Virus record (IMG/VR): IMGVR_UViG_3300038828_000048
Location: 58,260 to 122,259 of that record
Source: a virus
Lineage: Duplodnaviria > Caudoviricetes
Reading direction: 5' to 3' (one strand)
Length of the DNA: 64,000 nucleotides
Below the pieces are notes generated by a model. That model was not told where the DNA came from. It ran no database searches and was given only the letters and a program-made list of their open reading frames with translations. A program made the position numbers and the translations under genes. Below, in pieces: positions 47,301 to 53,280 of this stretch (positions within the stretch are counted from its first letter, which is position 1; every line of letters starts with the position of its first letter).

Positions 47301-49706
47301 GCGTATAAAACAACAGATCAATATAAAGAACTTCCTGTTGATTTTGTATCATCAGCAGCAGTTAATGATAAAAATCAGGAAATTAAAGATAAGATCAATC
47401 TAAAGATAAAAGAATATTATCTTTCTAAAGATATACTTCCCGATGAAATAGCAAAAACAACCGATCCTAAATTAAAAGATAGTGATTTATATTATCCAAC
47501 AGTTTATAAAAGAATCAAACAAGAAGTTTACGATGAAGTAAATAAACTTAGAAGTTTTGATATCGTAAAAGGATTATCAATGTATGCTCAACAAGTTTAT
47601 AATTATAAAACAAAAGCTGAAAATTCTGATGAAGTTGGGTTGTTAATAGATATGGTAGAACAACGATTAAAGAATAAAGGAGTAGATTCTATCAATGGTA
47701 GTATTGTTAAAGATATAGAACACTCTAAACATTCAAGTGCGCAAGAGAGAATAAAAATGTTTACCAACTTCTTAAATAACTATCGTGAATTATCAACAAA
47801 TAAACCTACAGCTAAATTTAAAAATGTTAGAGGTAAACATTATAGTAATTTCGAGAAACAACAGTTGGAAGAATTAAAACAATATTTATCTAAATTAGAA
47901 AGTATAAATAAAGATAAATTATCTGATGAACAGAAGATTGTTATCGAAACTGAGATAGATAAAATCAAAAGTAATATAGATGAACTTGGTAAAGATGTAT
48001 ATTTGGTAGATTCTATAATAGCTCCTTTGATTATATTTACTCAACTTAAAGGATTAGGATGGAATTTCGTTAGTTATATGTATAACCTTTCTATTGGTCA
48101 ATTAAATAACTATTATGAATCTAAAGATGGTAGAATTTTTACAGCAGATAGTTATAAAGATTCTATAAAAGATGTTTTAAAACATTCATCTGGTGCTAAA
48201 TTTGGATTTGGAATTCTAGGAATGTTAGCTGGAGGTATTACATCCCCATTTATGCTTCCTGGTTTAATGCTTGGTTTCACATCTGGTATTGCAATAGGAA
48301 AACTTGCTCAAAAATATTATGAAACATTCGATAAAGAAGGTAAAACAGATGTAGATAAAATATTTAATTTTTATGCAAAACACGATGTACTTAATAAAGT
48401 ACAAAATGAGAATTATAGAACATTTACTGATTCATCTCCAGTTGTATCCCAAAAACTTCAAAAATTAAAAGATACAAGTTTGGGCAAGTTTATATCAAAT
48501 TATCTTTCAATATATAAATCTACCGAAGCAGCAGAGGATATTAACCAAGGAGTGATAGGTTTATCATATATTAGATCAGTTGCTATAGATGATATAAATG
48601 GTGTAAATAGACCACTTATAGATTTTATAAACCAAGATGGTAGTATTAATGAAGAACTACTACCACAAAGAGTTCAACTCAATGATGTAAATTTATCAAA
48701 AACAGAGTTTGTAAACAGAATGGTTACTGAGATTAAAAATACTATTCGACGTACACAAGGAGATTATGAATCTTTATTTAAATCAGATATAAAATCAAAA
48801 ATTTTAGGTAAAGCTGGTATGCAATTTAAAACTTGGATGCCTGAAACTATTATGAAAGATTTTGAAGTAGCTAAAAAAGATCAAGGTATTACCGATATTT
48901 TAACAGGAGAAAAATATACTCGAAAAGGAGTATATGTGAGTTTACTTGAAAAAGCTGGATTGTTTAATACAAGTATTGTATTTACAAGCAATATTCTTAC
49001 TCCTTTAATGCTAACATCTCTATTAACAGGAGCATTTATACCAGCATTAGCTTTGGGTTCTGGAGGAGCAGCAGCGTTGTTTTATGCTAATAAAAAAGCT
49101 GATAAATCGAAAGTAGATCCTCTTGTTACAAAAGCATTAGTAAAATCAGTATTTAATGAGTTACCTTTTATTAAACGATTTATAGGATCAAAAGAACCAA
49201 ATAAATATTTTTCTGATCTTTTAAATAATGAAGATGCAGGTAATTTTAGAGCTTTAGCAGCGAAATTAAAGGTGAATATTGGTTTATTATCCGTCTATAT
49301 GATATTCTCAATTTTAAAAGAAGTTGTAAAAGGAGATGATGACGATGATGATAAAAATAAAATGTTATCAAAATTATCATATACACTGTTGAATTTAGCA
49401 GGAAAAACATATTCAGATAATAGTTTAACTCTTGATCCTACAAGTTCATTCGATAGATTCTCTGAAGTTAAAAATATTATTCCAGCAATTACTACAGCAG
49501 GAGAAATTGGTGAGATAGTACTTAAACCAGGAATCTGGGGAGAACAATACGAAAGAGATCAATATAAAGGTTCTCCTACTGGATATAAGAAAGGAGATTT
49601 TAAACAATTGGTTAAATTAGAGAAAATAATTCCTGGACCAAATAGGGTATCTCAACTTGAGTATATGATGACAAATAAATATAGAATGTTTGATTTAGGT
49701 AATTAA
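29355..49706 (+). CDS. Giant polyvalent virion-associated DNA-dependent RNA polymerase (crAss-like two-barrel) with lysozyme-like and zincin-like domains
   Basis: FRIPNQ (~38670) and GSDFDVDK (DxDxD, 38787-38801), ADAQEF, SAAVDDA; SGAVGGYQ..FLSNP..QE N-terminal lysozyme-like; HEVVH, HEFIH, HEIGH; ATG 29355 preferred over TTG 29346. Confidence 0.85.
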   Translation: MADTQNPTDTSFNDPSNNPEGVIPKLYSLDKDLYTSKGVSLDDFTLAMSNPAVQNKVFNKHIDKFAAKKVTFRDFQSSLNIEPSREKGSLKDYIYQLEHDPKKGYYSFNPDSKSGAVGGYQIIYDNNVEEKNKQKYGVNRDQFLSNPFVQEEYMSDRINDEYIPNLDALKEINKAKGNKYNDYELAYLIHHEGLAGAKHFLKNGKSLHGSEKALESQFAKGRTYLEQVQALSENKIDSNPNQDEDSKLAEYYKANPNTGSKSWFSNAILSTDLFLGDVKKTKTLEDGTEVYLRDGGEKVYKLPDGRVVRSLTDKNNAALKAGKNIVTDTMIGGVIGTAGMLFGAARDIGEKLAYHTTDGKAGDNNWDSVYNNDLSAFAKDMKQSLKINKPDFTPERLQKIDIKEGDDAITKLSKYVSYIAEESGNPDFWYNEGAQGISSMLEMRLPSMFVGKLGGKAVKAIMKNANNVEDLTKLQKIAIKGTEYVTYSAFNGALESAIEAESIYKTVKSDLYAKNSFLPDDKQLSDDEINRKASKRASSGFVDNFALISGSNLLEADNLMGNLGGRSFMGKAAKLLLKAGLQAGVEAFQEVGQFGIEKYETSKLDKKDTKHEGNLFQRLYSGAAETISGVAGTIKDEYDKGSPELAKSAFLGGLLGGGMTSVTQLTKEVINYPISKTINETAPESILDFYQKDENGNIKYNDKNEPVIDKSALSTYLSKVDNDYQNIAAKNLANEIDDKLAADVITAGSFASFIQKHKAKDRSSDRLREVFDSYALTDEQYNLLGISKRKDKKEYVDERNSMFEIGLRAYDEISSIKQKLTPDSFNKAFEHFYKQKFVFSKIQSNQAKIDNYDAQTQLTDVESANRDNLVKEQERLNGLFTFYGSLVNSSIGKQTKTKDNKDNIGEDTSIPKDKEDFVEDSPKDTSKDTKKTEDLPSTQQEKEDQKDDLSKVEIPVQDPIVDSSKVDFKTEPKPLVTDEEGNFLSPDELDSSSDIDENNGNDNADIKESVVFDDEIKDNNQNDNIPVPTNTTTNPVSSTEVDQQSETQPVNESDVSSEEIPIEPTDDDVSKAIALESSDRKEVLASIPRIKINNSVQPGDVITNKEGVEFVIKSVKGNKVTYTTKTIDDVFNKVNKPHQFVRTTTIPVNAKVSDTVDNTGSVSPISESIETDETLQHSKVYVLNNKESKDSVGSTLAISQLDNSSVIVKRTESINGVVAYIDYISRAVVDRFKKLWNPYFLKHENGDFKGFSIQKSDFPYVAIPNFDISYITDPNGKPINFSRVEDGQYKGLVLLSEVKKYFDNNKFLRVGYGKDETAFDIKYELVDFLPFTTVFSGVDSEIFIRQSSSLTTANTDSSSLREEILQLQQLRRYIQNKIDKGGFVSARITKKDAGIMRLIVPKNTSVASKSSLNKVSPISIYRSSVNNEFDLPILIPNIKNPNRAFIDGTLREVTLIERLGKEVEYYKPSMLYPVDINSDGEVVYNTIYLKNRKLGESNIMGTYGSVPIVNEHSIKNTNNLIYTAELLLSRLYGIDLTIEEKDLLDKLKVKNTIKEVKDYIDSFVRSDLKLISDGVLGSKDSAIHISTMFQLALYNPETKTHQLYTNRPQNQAKGISREAIKATLRDMWFTMNYNYVIGNNTIDVIDEVTKEVLSLNYRELAFDNIYPDYEIFKGDEDSKIGHTIYSPSVNSRIHFEVNGFEYKPETIATTTIPIQVQYPVKIESTVVENDFSNIPDEKIDTQTINPSSVDIKDVEAQKVDIQTQSELPTDSEFVTERTLDDAENEFPGENPNITSQDITKPTEIQELDLPDNIDDDILAFETEDDYFLNNLTIENSNSIPGVPQVHLNNIVNILLGRVSRLIENGKLDKEKAKVLEINTMKQLYVNAKASLELTLTKAIPGTKKYEQLKSYLDIVEKVVDNYHIVDSLFNKSFLAITGKDFENNSADNQYNEDRIITLNPKDKTRATIKLFLLKIKEMDDKNNTKKFFLNSLGIKGAEDLYQHIDVDKALNILFNILTVKTGFYYEPNLENVIKILDDNSKSYPFLTDIAFYLKHTPEIGPEFVRSFYSIDSRYSKLIYTDDIQNGVTYTTLIDNQTNFKSGATKLRNSWKNNLTSLIGFNNVNRLVLDPNSQLGAKLLFIKELFGDSKSRILDYNTGEINLSNTRLSVNQIATIQPWIDSINKTLVNLNNPNVDPRDVLSNKFIYTKKLLINELLKNLGINLDNDVLSKLDNPDYKLLLSNGKSVVFNSNKIFDSRKKLLQNIDQLLIGTSDVNSLLKQDIIREIASFVAQHSKNNNFHSDRMFQDGNKSVSVFQIPRYFYLRVAKLTDLSTGFLETLISLRNNKKHYSSNSYWKHLIKTNNLNYSTAALQATEEIRRNNSEKDIHEFPEKKLLEAMIANFLSGVNNTTSNVKMKLFGKTISDSKMMTYFEVPKLDLFLGYDAETTYILSDENNGEVIGKTKISEFLIDQILMPDVNRILNDDTVQLKSYNKDVFYSVPSLNDFTKYGLNSIKEVASVISNPDINPTAYNLIENAFKEYLNNEISATKELFQKYRIGYSSDTKSWSMVSKDAVDYYTERSVAGSDTKIAPETIHNQIVKDFVLNYLVGYSNSSMLIYGDPAIYTKGNINTTMNNVIKRLKTFASPREVLDTNIYKKLSGKDSISYLVVKDDVSPVNSIKYITNLLDGLEITDEEVKILRDKNSSVDDKNIIYNKYPNSSGYFKNNHADAQEFVHWKHHLDTLVALGELKIHDYNNIVDIIENHPEKIKNSDILKVFAPFKPLYSGTVIKGPIEQQFYIKSSHIPLLPGFSGGLEPLILFMEKNTIDRLAFESSVKLGIENTIELFENTKLKNLSDLKKLDIDNATLNLPIENYGKQLHNPIKDKNEITVSTQAQKGIFGNIKNEFVEFKGKQVKVADLEKLRDKLHGEAQEFLKQELIKALDPNDTGEMDIESLLGLMNSELESGRYDDNIKQSISFDKERNVLRVPLWLSSNPGALEAIITNIINSGGVSGIKRPGIGLVQASSIGQTVVSDQLKDFDNNIIFTEKYNPKKGLQHGVKNKKGQYVSQIIVPWYFKEKMDYFVNGKNQIDLSKLPEDLLTIFGFRIPNQFHASMIGLEIVGFLPPSFGNTVLVPTEITSQMGSDFDVDKLYSYIKALDFKVDQEALDLSKKVKKEISNYWKAVSNDFRNQYPDLIARKKEIEESYVDVAKKLDWEQKDIDLHSEIVDALSTAREYDTKRKELEKELSLLNQKIKESARYELTNDYLNNLWNQILDIELSVITSNNEVIQRSVRQALDTPTEQLSDVADHLQKLQNSTQKQQSHISPIYNIQKYFAGSQAKSLVGNTSLALVFNFIIQNKSFSISNKSYIPVSFDGDFVHKNLSNPFTVKTDNELKQAYEKFKNGVFVEDLINGTQQLYDITEIPSDVLDDYRREKVKQDLAKELSDRTGISVRWVDSIDSLSNNQLGSIKDEVYRELDNYFFDYISGRKMYQRHENLPNYIKINNDAFINNTQKNRIATRLADSIKKNTNGKFVGSLEGTEDSYVIKINTSTSYRRDLNNRYNKDNSKLQSKSLSDIDIFEILNSNNLSIEESPELQKQQYQKPNNIGNRNNLEYQFKVIDKIAANLGKVNQWYKQLGNSDKFWSKVQQDLQIPKEQIALLKESEGDTASKIEGHSTLEEFKKQKENRIKELEEKLKNLENDNIQGAYDFSATSNSGKWNSANNELLSLVQNNRKAFAIYKFLIGDAQSFKEIINFLNEKGIEIEYTERMKRADETMSAEEIQSAIDSYNNSVNEKAEDKNQIEKDILSENNLQDETEYTPQELIEKYPLSGVQKVIWNLIKDIVAKLGIKVKFSSSRITEGFDGSNNPQNGEILIRPSTLKNGRFTEVLVHEVVHALTTKIISRVNSGVTTGLTQKQINAVKGLMKLYEAIKANNNLQNKYPVKDVFEFIAHLTNEEFVKELETKDKNFLQKVVDFILDILGITNANELSKKYLVDIISDGTFLEENGITILPSDYGNNLQGSKSEEIKKIKDEINQLKQELEKVEKEGFGALKPIYKFYEETVGNILKKQYKDDLQKITDEYENSWYEITLDNNRDTKSLLLNKDENSKIYGYYDKLLNEIVLSKDADQEVIFHEFIHPFMESYKIMNPKQHGELLDEAYTILGQELSDQIVLNYPENQVENEIITRAISRVANNNVDSNSGKTFFKKMLEFINYIKTQLHRAVFAKMALGKSLDMKDISELQTIQELADMFTLYKGKINPNISNITTTIDIVNTKDINKDIYRDIPVINTKDITTQEGTKGAASYSKDENLIRVDRELLEQKFKEKAWTNPRKLIEILHEENIESYAQSLSEDQFKTYQEWENFVMEHEYQYSLYSREDYNKDFPENNSKGGYETEINNRALNQLDREKDQTEVNNVDLPDYKSIPNTTNSIKQEDVVMLKDRNPNIKIIPINSYNDFIYNLSESMIKEKRLAENIEYKSSSIIGIQSAAVDDANKNLLDKINFTRDTSLAAIILLQQGLNYNQVFTLLSQPVIKEYVNNLTKKGKGFDYNANLEQISYESAYNQYASNLSEEELDGIKSFDFKLSGLEESLKNPDSTSKAHSIRQIKALNVFRHYSTKYSPYIGIMNAANINTTGGGKNLSTMSSVLTSVDDIMGNNTFRNANKVLQEGVHTHSIKNLAELFNFVMKKDNGLSILNHKSNIYDTLYFEISSYLNNRNVPITPWIKNKIFEGIRNVVKAYMFSSLTSSISDKQAEDIRQELLKGNDRKPPLGIILLNLKAKNYKSIANSTFNSKRISDNSFLNIIDIKKEKDSNNTFITADVNDNKLDINEIHKDLEDLFNTPIELENGYNTKHLILDLIKYDFVMGRKQSAKSFTKYLPETLIQKIILNNDLLNNTLDELSLFDSEKINSLTKNVLFYTPELITQIPNITSDSEPTFIHDVDEDQVSLGQMRINYKAVNNDTIISNALFTKLEGSDDVIVNPIIKVYDVIYEYDSTLMKYIKVTGLTNSSYGIGINNDLSSPRRLNIPVTNLSIINATTYSDKEVSTPTGILSSIKRELDRVTHSNEKATTKNNSNILTQVLDYMGALNDYSIEFVDTLENISVGGKERKNLYGYTDVANKRIVIARDLKDRGNLTYSRVLLHEIGHIVTNTYISEYLNQLATGKSDTLTKEQITTLNRVYKVYQRLESDKEFTSQLERPINNFHEFVTEVISSHDFRTKVDKNYKASIFEKINEFIKSILKQVFGETNNYVGYSDTLLGDILSIPTNNSFNTQIYSSKDDSKIYIVKKLGDDVLSVSTFNDAGNPASYVDAQSIYDKIKDYDKRDVKIYEDAYNIKKVSDNVLGEFTITTVNGIVSIKDSNNNTISETDLRHGLILGFETQEESQEESQGVDPKTDTLKFVSSISDNKIRSLDIKYKKLFSIINNRLTNVSKKIKIQEDVIKNIKAKKSISALENNTLLNNNIKKLDALESEFNTLIVSLNKIAELKGVSDLYKFFAQSEGDFVNILSKEEISFAEANYLSSLFNEILYKFNPNSPNYYLDKNEFINLGSSEKKDIIEKLSGFEARLKTTYLEQLLNHKRKMVKDSLNVYSQNRLSDEKFKEIIDSELKDISELQRWFLGADRVDDEFTNMVVNRMQQVAQQGVSQSAEYSNKLKELYQRIIPSLKKYSSPNDKFGIISVLLDNFGNFISDYTEDFFDSQNKMLSDFKQQLTAANGDKFKIRNAFLKRNRWNIQNKVALNPKYLLEEDELKDLGLKFVKSANFEQDKQKYLDYIRSTVGMYKFDRMVESVRRSARDYNEEYNTLKTTLNDQITSGVIDAAQKKEALRTFQAKYSPIIAADYNFNPKLINSVARELGKKDSSELYISDKYVKLVPKKFEGVKSLYETNQGYTKFYDKNIQKFYDNSEYDILDFIDHVNDLLHMGVHLIPEEKRFGISTRSLPFIEKDLLENLISEPISLLGLKNRVKDISASIRSLGAYKTTDQYKELPVDFVSSAAVNDKNQEIKDKINLKIKEYYLSKDILPDEIAKTTDPKLKDSDLYYPTVYKRIKQEVYDEVNKLRSFDIVKGLSMYAQQVYNYKTKAENSDEVGLLIDMVEQRLKNKGVDSINGSIVKDIEHSKHSSAQERIKMFTNFLNNYRELSTNKPTAKFKNVRGKHYSNFEKQQLEELKQYLSKLESINKDKLSDEQKIVIETEIDKIKSNIDELGKDVYLVDSIIAPLIIFTQLKGLGWNFVSYMYNLSIGQLNNYYESKDGRIFTADSYKDSIKDVLKHSSGAKFGFGILGMLAGGITSPFMLPGLMLGFTSGIAIGKLAQKYYETFDKEGKTDVDKIFNFYAKHDVLNKVQNENYRTFTDSSPVVSQKLQKLKDTSLGKFISNYLSIYKSTEAAEDINQGVIGLSYIRSVAIDDINGVNRPLIDFINQDGSINEELLPQRVQLNDVNLSKTEFVNRMVTEIKNTIRRTQGDYESLFKSDIKSKILGKAGMQFKTWMPETIMKDFEVAKKDQGITDILTGEKYTRKGVYVSLLEKAGLFNTSIVFTSNILTPLMLTSLLTGAFIPALALGSGGAAALFYANKKADKSKVDPLVTKALVKSVFNELPFIKRFIGSKEPNKYFSDLLNNEDAGNFRALAAKLKVNIGLLSVYMIFSILKEVVKGDDDDDDKNKMLSKLSYTLLNLAGKTYSDNSLTLDPTSSFDRFSEVKNIIPAITTAGEIGEIVLKPGIWGEQYERDQYKGSPTGYKKGDFKQLVKLEKIIPGPNRVSQLEYMMTNKYRMFDLGN

Positions 49707-49790
49707 ATATATTAAATACAACTATATAGATTAGAATCTGGTATAAAAAAAATGTGGAGTTATTAAAAATAATAGATTAATGTAATCAAT

Positions 49791-50126
49791 ATGGATAACA
49801 AAGATAAAAGAGAACAATTGATAAAGATGTTGGAGAAAATATTGGGAGTAAAAGTATCCAACATCCATATTATAGATCTTGATAAACTTAAAATTAGTGA
49901 TGAACAAATAGAGGAGAGAATGATTGAATTACTCTCCTCTAATAATTCTAATGAGATTGAATTATTTCTAAACGAAGGATTAGCTAATATGGATAATTCC
50001 ATTAAAGAACGAGAATTATTAAAAATATATGATCTATTGGAAGAAAGAGGTGTTGATTCCCCAAATTCTCTAGGTCAAGATTTAATCATTAAAAAACTTA
50101 AAGAAATTACTGATAATAAAATATAA
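49791..50126 (+). CDS. Hypothetical protein
   Basis: 111 aa, last + strand gene before strand switch. Confidence 0.55.
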   Translation: MDNKDKREQLIKMLEKILGVKVSNIHIIDLDKLKISDEQIEERMIELLSSNNSNEIELFLNEGLANMDNSIKERELLKIYDLLEERGVDSPNSLGQDLIIKKLKEITDNKI

Positions 50127-50152
50127 TTAGAATATGATTAAAATGTACTTGA

Positions 50153-50794
50153 TTAAGCTGTAACCAAGAATAAATTGGGATTTAACGCATCAGCAATAAG
50201 TTCTTTATAAAATCCATTGCTATATATAGATATATCTTTATGTTCTATTCCAAATTCGGTTTCAAAAGTATCATATCTTAAACAAAACCTGAATTTTCCT
50301 CCTACTGGTATATTATTATACAAAATATGAATAGTAAATTTTTGAAACTCCACTCCCAATACATTCTTTAAATATTTTTTCAAGTGATTCATATAAGGGA
50401 TATGATATATTTTACCATTACTCATTAATTGTAAAAAAGTACTTGTAGTAAGTTTATTGCCATCAAGATCGTTTATAATATTGGATATGATAATTTTATG
50501 TAAATTTGATAATTTAATCAATCCATCATCTTTTTCTTCTCTTTCTTTTTTAACATCGTCAGGATCATGCCATATATTCTCGAATAAATCTTTTATATTA
50601 CATATAAATGCATCATCATAATATTGACTAATATTTCTATAATATATAGAGTCTGGAGTTCGATTAGAAAAATCATATTTGTTAAATATATTGAGAAAAT
50701 TCTTTTTTAATTTTATAAACAAAACATGAGTATCTATATCAAGATTTGCAATATGCCGTAAAGGAATTACTATATAATTATTATTCTTCTTCAT
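50153..50794 (-). CDS. Hypothetical protein
   Basis: 213 aa ORF. Confidence 0.6.
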   Translation of the reverse strand: MKKNNNYIVIPLRHIANLDIDTHVLFIKLKKNFLNIFNKYDFSNRTPDSIYYRNISQYYDDAFICNIKDLFENIWHDPDDVKKEREEKDDGLIKLSNLHKIIISNIINDLDGNKLTTSTFLQLMSNGKIYHIPYMNHLKKYLKNVLGVEFQKFTIHILYNNIPVGGKFRFCLRYDTFETEFGIEHKDISIYSNGFYKELIADALNPNLFLVTA

Positions 50795-51372
50795 TTTTTT
50801 AACATTACAATCGTTACATCTACATCCTTTAATTCTTCTTGAATAATGGTTTTTACATCTTTAAAACCTTTTTGTTGCAATTGAACATATTTTCTACTAG
50901 ATTCAGCATCCTTTATCCCAAATTCGTTAATATCCCAAATACCCCCAGCAATACCGCAACCAATTAAAGGTAATCCAATATGTTTACCCATAAATTTATG
51001 ATTAATCTTTCTCAGACATAATCTAAGAGCATTATAATCTAAATTAGGTCCTGGTCCATATTGTGTATAAGCATTTACTACGGTTAATTGATTACCTAAA
51101 TCATGCGTAACTACTCCAACGTAATCTTCTCTGAAACACCCAGACATCTTTAATTCATAATTCATATAATCAATCTGACCTAACTTATTTATATCACCTT
51201 TATATATAGGTGCTTCTAACTTAAATGTATCTGTACCAAAAGTTTTTTTCATTTGTAATGCTATACCTTTACCCTGTATATTAAAACAATTTATACCATG
51301 ACAAATCACATCAAAAGATCCTTCTAATGATAATTTAATTAGGTCTCCTTTAACACTATTGAATTTTCCCAT
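50791..51372 (-). CDS. Macro domain (ADP-ribose binding/hydrolase) protein
   Basis: KGDL, HGINC..GKGIA, VVNAYTQY, IGLPLIGCGIAGG. Confidence 0.9.
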   Translation of the reverse strand: MGKFNSVKGDLIKLSLEGSFDVICHGINCFNIQGKGIALQMKKTFGTDTFKLEAPIYKGDINKLGQIDYMNYELKMSGCFREDYVGVVTHDLGNQLTVVNAYTQYGPGPNLDYNALRLCLRKINHKFMGKHIGLPLIGCGIAGGIWDINEFGIKDAESSRKYVQLQQKGFKDVKTIIQEELKDVDVTIVMLKK

Positions 51373-51908
51373 AATTTTAAATGTTTATAAATTTTATTAA
51401 TTTTAATAATAAATTCTTCATAAGAATAATCTAATTTTATAATGTTACATTGTGTACAACAAGAAATTAAATTAGTTATTTCATAACCTTTAGAAGAATC
51501 TATTCTATCTAATCCTATTGTAGATATTTCACACCCACAATAATTACAAGGTTTTCCCCAAAAAGATTCAAATTCTTCTTTTGTTATATTCCATGAAAAA
51601 TTTCTTTTTTTAGCACTGCGTACATAAGAATTCCATCTCCCATTAATAGTAGTTTTTCTCCAAGTTTTACCAAGTTGTAAAATATAATCTTTATTCTCTG
51701 TGTAATATTTTTTCTTTTTAATACTATTCTCTTCTTTATGATCTTCTCGATATTTTTTTCTTAAAGTATTATAAGATGGTTCTCTTTTTCCATTTTCTAT
51801 TTTTTCACAATATTTACACCATGCTCTTAACCCATCTTTTCTTTTTTTACATCTATAAAAATCAGAAAATTGTTTTATAATCTTACACTTAGGACAAAAT
51901 TTACTCAT
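51339..51908 (-). CDS. HNH-type homing endonuclease
   Basis: CPKC...WCKYC zinc finger; CNYCG..GLDRIDSSKGY..NLISCC..CN..K. Confidence 0.85.
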   Translation of the reverse strand: MSKFCPKCKIIKQFSDFYRCKKRKDGLRAWCKYCEKIENGKREPSYNTLRKKYREDHKEENSIKKKKYYTENKDYILQLGKTWRKTTINGRWNSYVRSAKKRNFSWNITKEEFESFWGKPCNYCGCEISTIGLDRIDSSKGYEITNLISCCTQCNIIKLDYSYEEFIIKINKIYKHLKLWENSIVLKET

Positions 51909-51923
51909 AATGATTTTTTTTTA

Positions 51924-51953
51924 CAAAAATAGAAAAAATTACCTATTGTACAA
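51924..51953 (-). promoter_or_regulatory. Bacteroidetes -33/-7 promoter for HNH gene
   Basis: TTG-N19-TATTTTTG on - strand. Confidence 0.7.
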
Positions 51954-52061
51954 GGATTTTATAATTTTTATTTTTTTATAATTACATCCATGAGCTATAA
52001 CACTAAAAGAACCTGCAAGTGCAAGCTCTATTAAATCTCCTTGTATTTCTTGGTATTTCAT
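51939..52061 (-). pseudogene. Orphaned original 5' end of macro domain gene
   Basis: MKYQEIQGDLIELALAGSFSVIAHGCN aligns with MGKFNSVKGDLIKLSLEGSFDVICHGIN. Confidence 0.8.
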
Positions 52062-52062
52062 A

Positions 52063-52224
52063 TCAATTAGATGTATTTTTATTAAGATTACGTCTTATAT
52101 CATCAATTGCTTCTTCTTTAGCTTTAGATCTCTCTTCTTCTAAATACTTATCAAAGTTTTCAAATGTGATATGTTGAGTTCTACTTTTTACTTCAAGACT
52201 ATTTTTTATTTCTTGTTTATTCAT
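52063..52224 (-). CDS. Small hypothetical protein (53 aa)
   Basis: MNKQEIKNSLEVKSRTQHITFENFDKYLEEERSK...; fills gap exactly. Confidence 0.5.
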   Translation of the reverse strand: MNKQEIKNSLEVKSRTQHITFENFDKYLEEERSKAKEEAIDDIRRNLNKNTSN

Positions 52225-52551
52225 TTAATTTGATTCTTTATTTAATTCTAACCTTATTTCTTCTATACTATCAAAAGTTTCAACAGCAAATCTTACAGGA
52301 TTGTGACGATTATACAAAAATTCAAAATAAGCTGTATCCTTTACAGGTAAATCATACTTAAAATAATGGTATATTGGTTTACCTGATTTCTCTACAATAT
52401 CTTGATACTTATGTTCTAATTTTAAATACTTAACTATTGTTCCGTAATATAATATCTTCATATCGTGAGTAATAGAGATAGTATTTTTATCCTTTTTTAA
52501 CTCTGTGATAATTGATATAAATTTTTTAATTACTACATCTAAACTGTTCAT
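52225..52551 (-). CDS. Hypothetical protein
   Basis: 108 aa ORF in tightly packed operon. Confidence 0.6.
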   Translation of the reverse strand: MNSLDVVIKKFISIITELKKDKNTISITHDMKILYYGTIVKYLKLEHKYQDIVEKSGKPIYHYFKYDLPVKDTAYFEFLYNRHNPVRFAVETFDSIEEIRLELNKESN

Positions 52552-52554
52552 ATT

Positions 52555-53280
52555 TTAAGAATTTTGTTCTAATATTTCTAACCAACGATCTTTCAACATT
52601 TTAAAGTAAATATCGGGATCACAACCATAAGAACCAATTGACCACATATCATTTACTTCTATGTACTCAGTTTCTCCGTTTGCTAATAAACAAACATCTA
52701 AACTGTAAGCTACAGGTGGGTTATAATATTGATTTATAAAATGTTTGATAGCATTGTAACTAGGAGTTGCTAATGGATTAATTCCGTTGTAGTAACTCAT
52801 GTTTACTGCTTCACCTTTATATACAAATACTCTCCATTCAGAGATGATTTTTTCTTTGAAAGGTTTAGCACATAAATATGGACCATCAAAATCTACCAAT
52901 TCTGGATAGAGATTCCACTGAGATTGTTTAGTAAATACAGCTCCTGTGAATTTCTTTACATCTAAAGCTGGTTTAACAAAAACAGGGTACTTTAGTTCTC
53001 TTTTAAATGGTACAATCCACTGATCAAAAACTTGAGTAAGATTAGATGTCCATTGTAAAGGTGGTGGTGTTTTTATACCATACAAACCAAAGAAAAACTC
53101 CATGAATTCTATGGAACCGATTGGTACAGGGTCTAGTGGACGAATATATTCTCTATTAATCTGAGCTTGTTTCAGATCAGTTAAAGAAATTGTGTGTCCT
53201 GCATTAGTTGCTCCTAACCAACCTTTAAAACAATAATCAGAAATTATCTTACCACCAAGAGATTCTACTATTACATTCAT
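52555..53280 (-). CDS. ATP-grasp protein (R2K/DUF4343-like)
   Basis: PIGSIEF, PVFVKP..KKFTG, SEWRVFV, YSLDV, IEVND.WS.G.YG. Confidence 0.8.
   Translation of the reverse strand: MNVIVESLGGKIISDYCFKGWLGATNAGHTISLTDLKQAQINREYIRPLDPVPIGSIEFMEFFFGLYGIKTPPPLQWTSNLTQVFDQWIVPFKRELKYPVFVKPALDVKKFTGAVFTKQSQWNLYPELVDFDGPYLCAKPFKEKIISEWRVFVYKGEAVNMSYYNGINPLATPSYNAIKHFINQYYNPPVAYSLDVCLLANGETEYIEVNDMWSIGSYGCDPDIYFKMLKDRWLEILEQNS

Noticed and set aside
2238-50002. Short antisense or alternate-frame ORFs in the track (e.g. 2238, 5812, 10668, 31526, 43712, 49763)
   Set aside because: Shadows of long + strand genes with no recognisable motifs.
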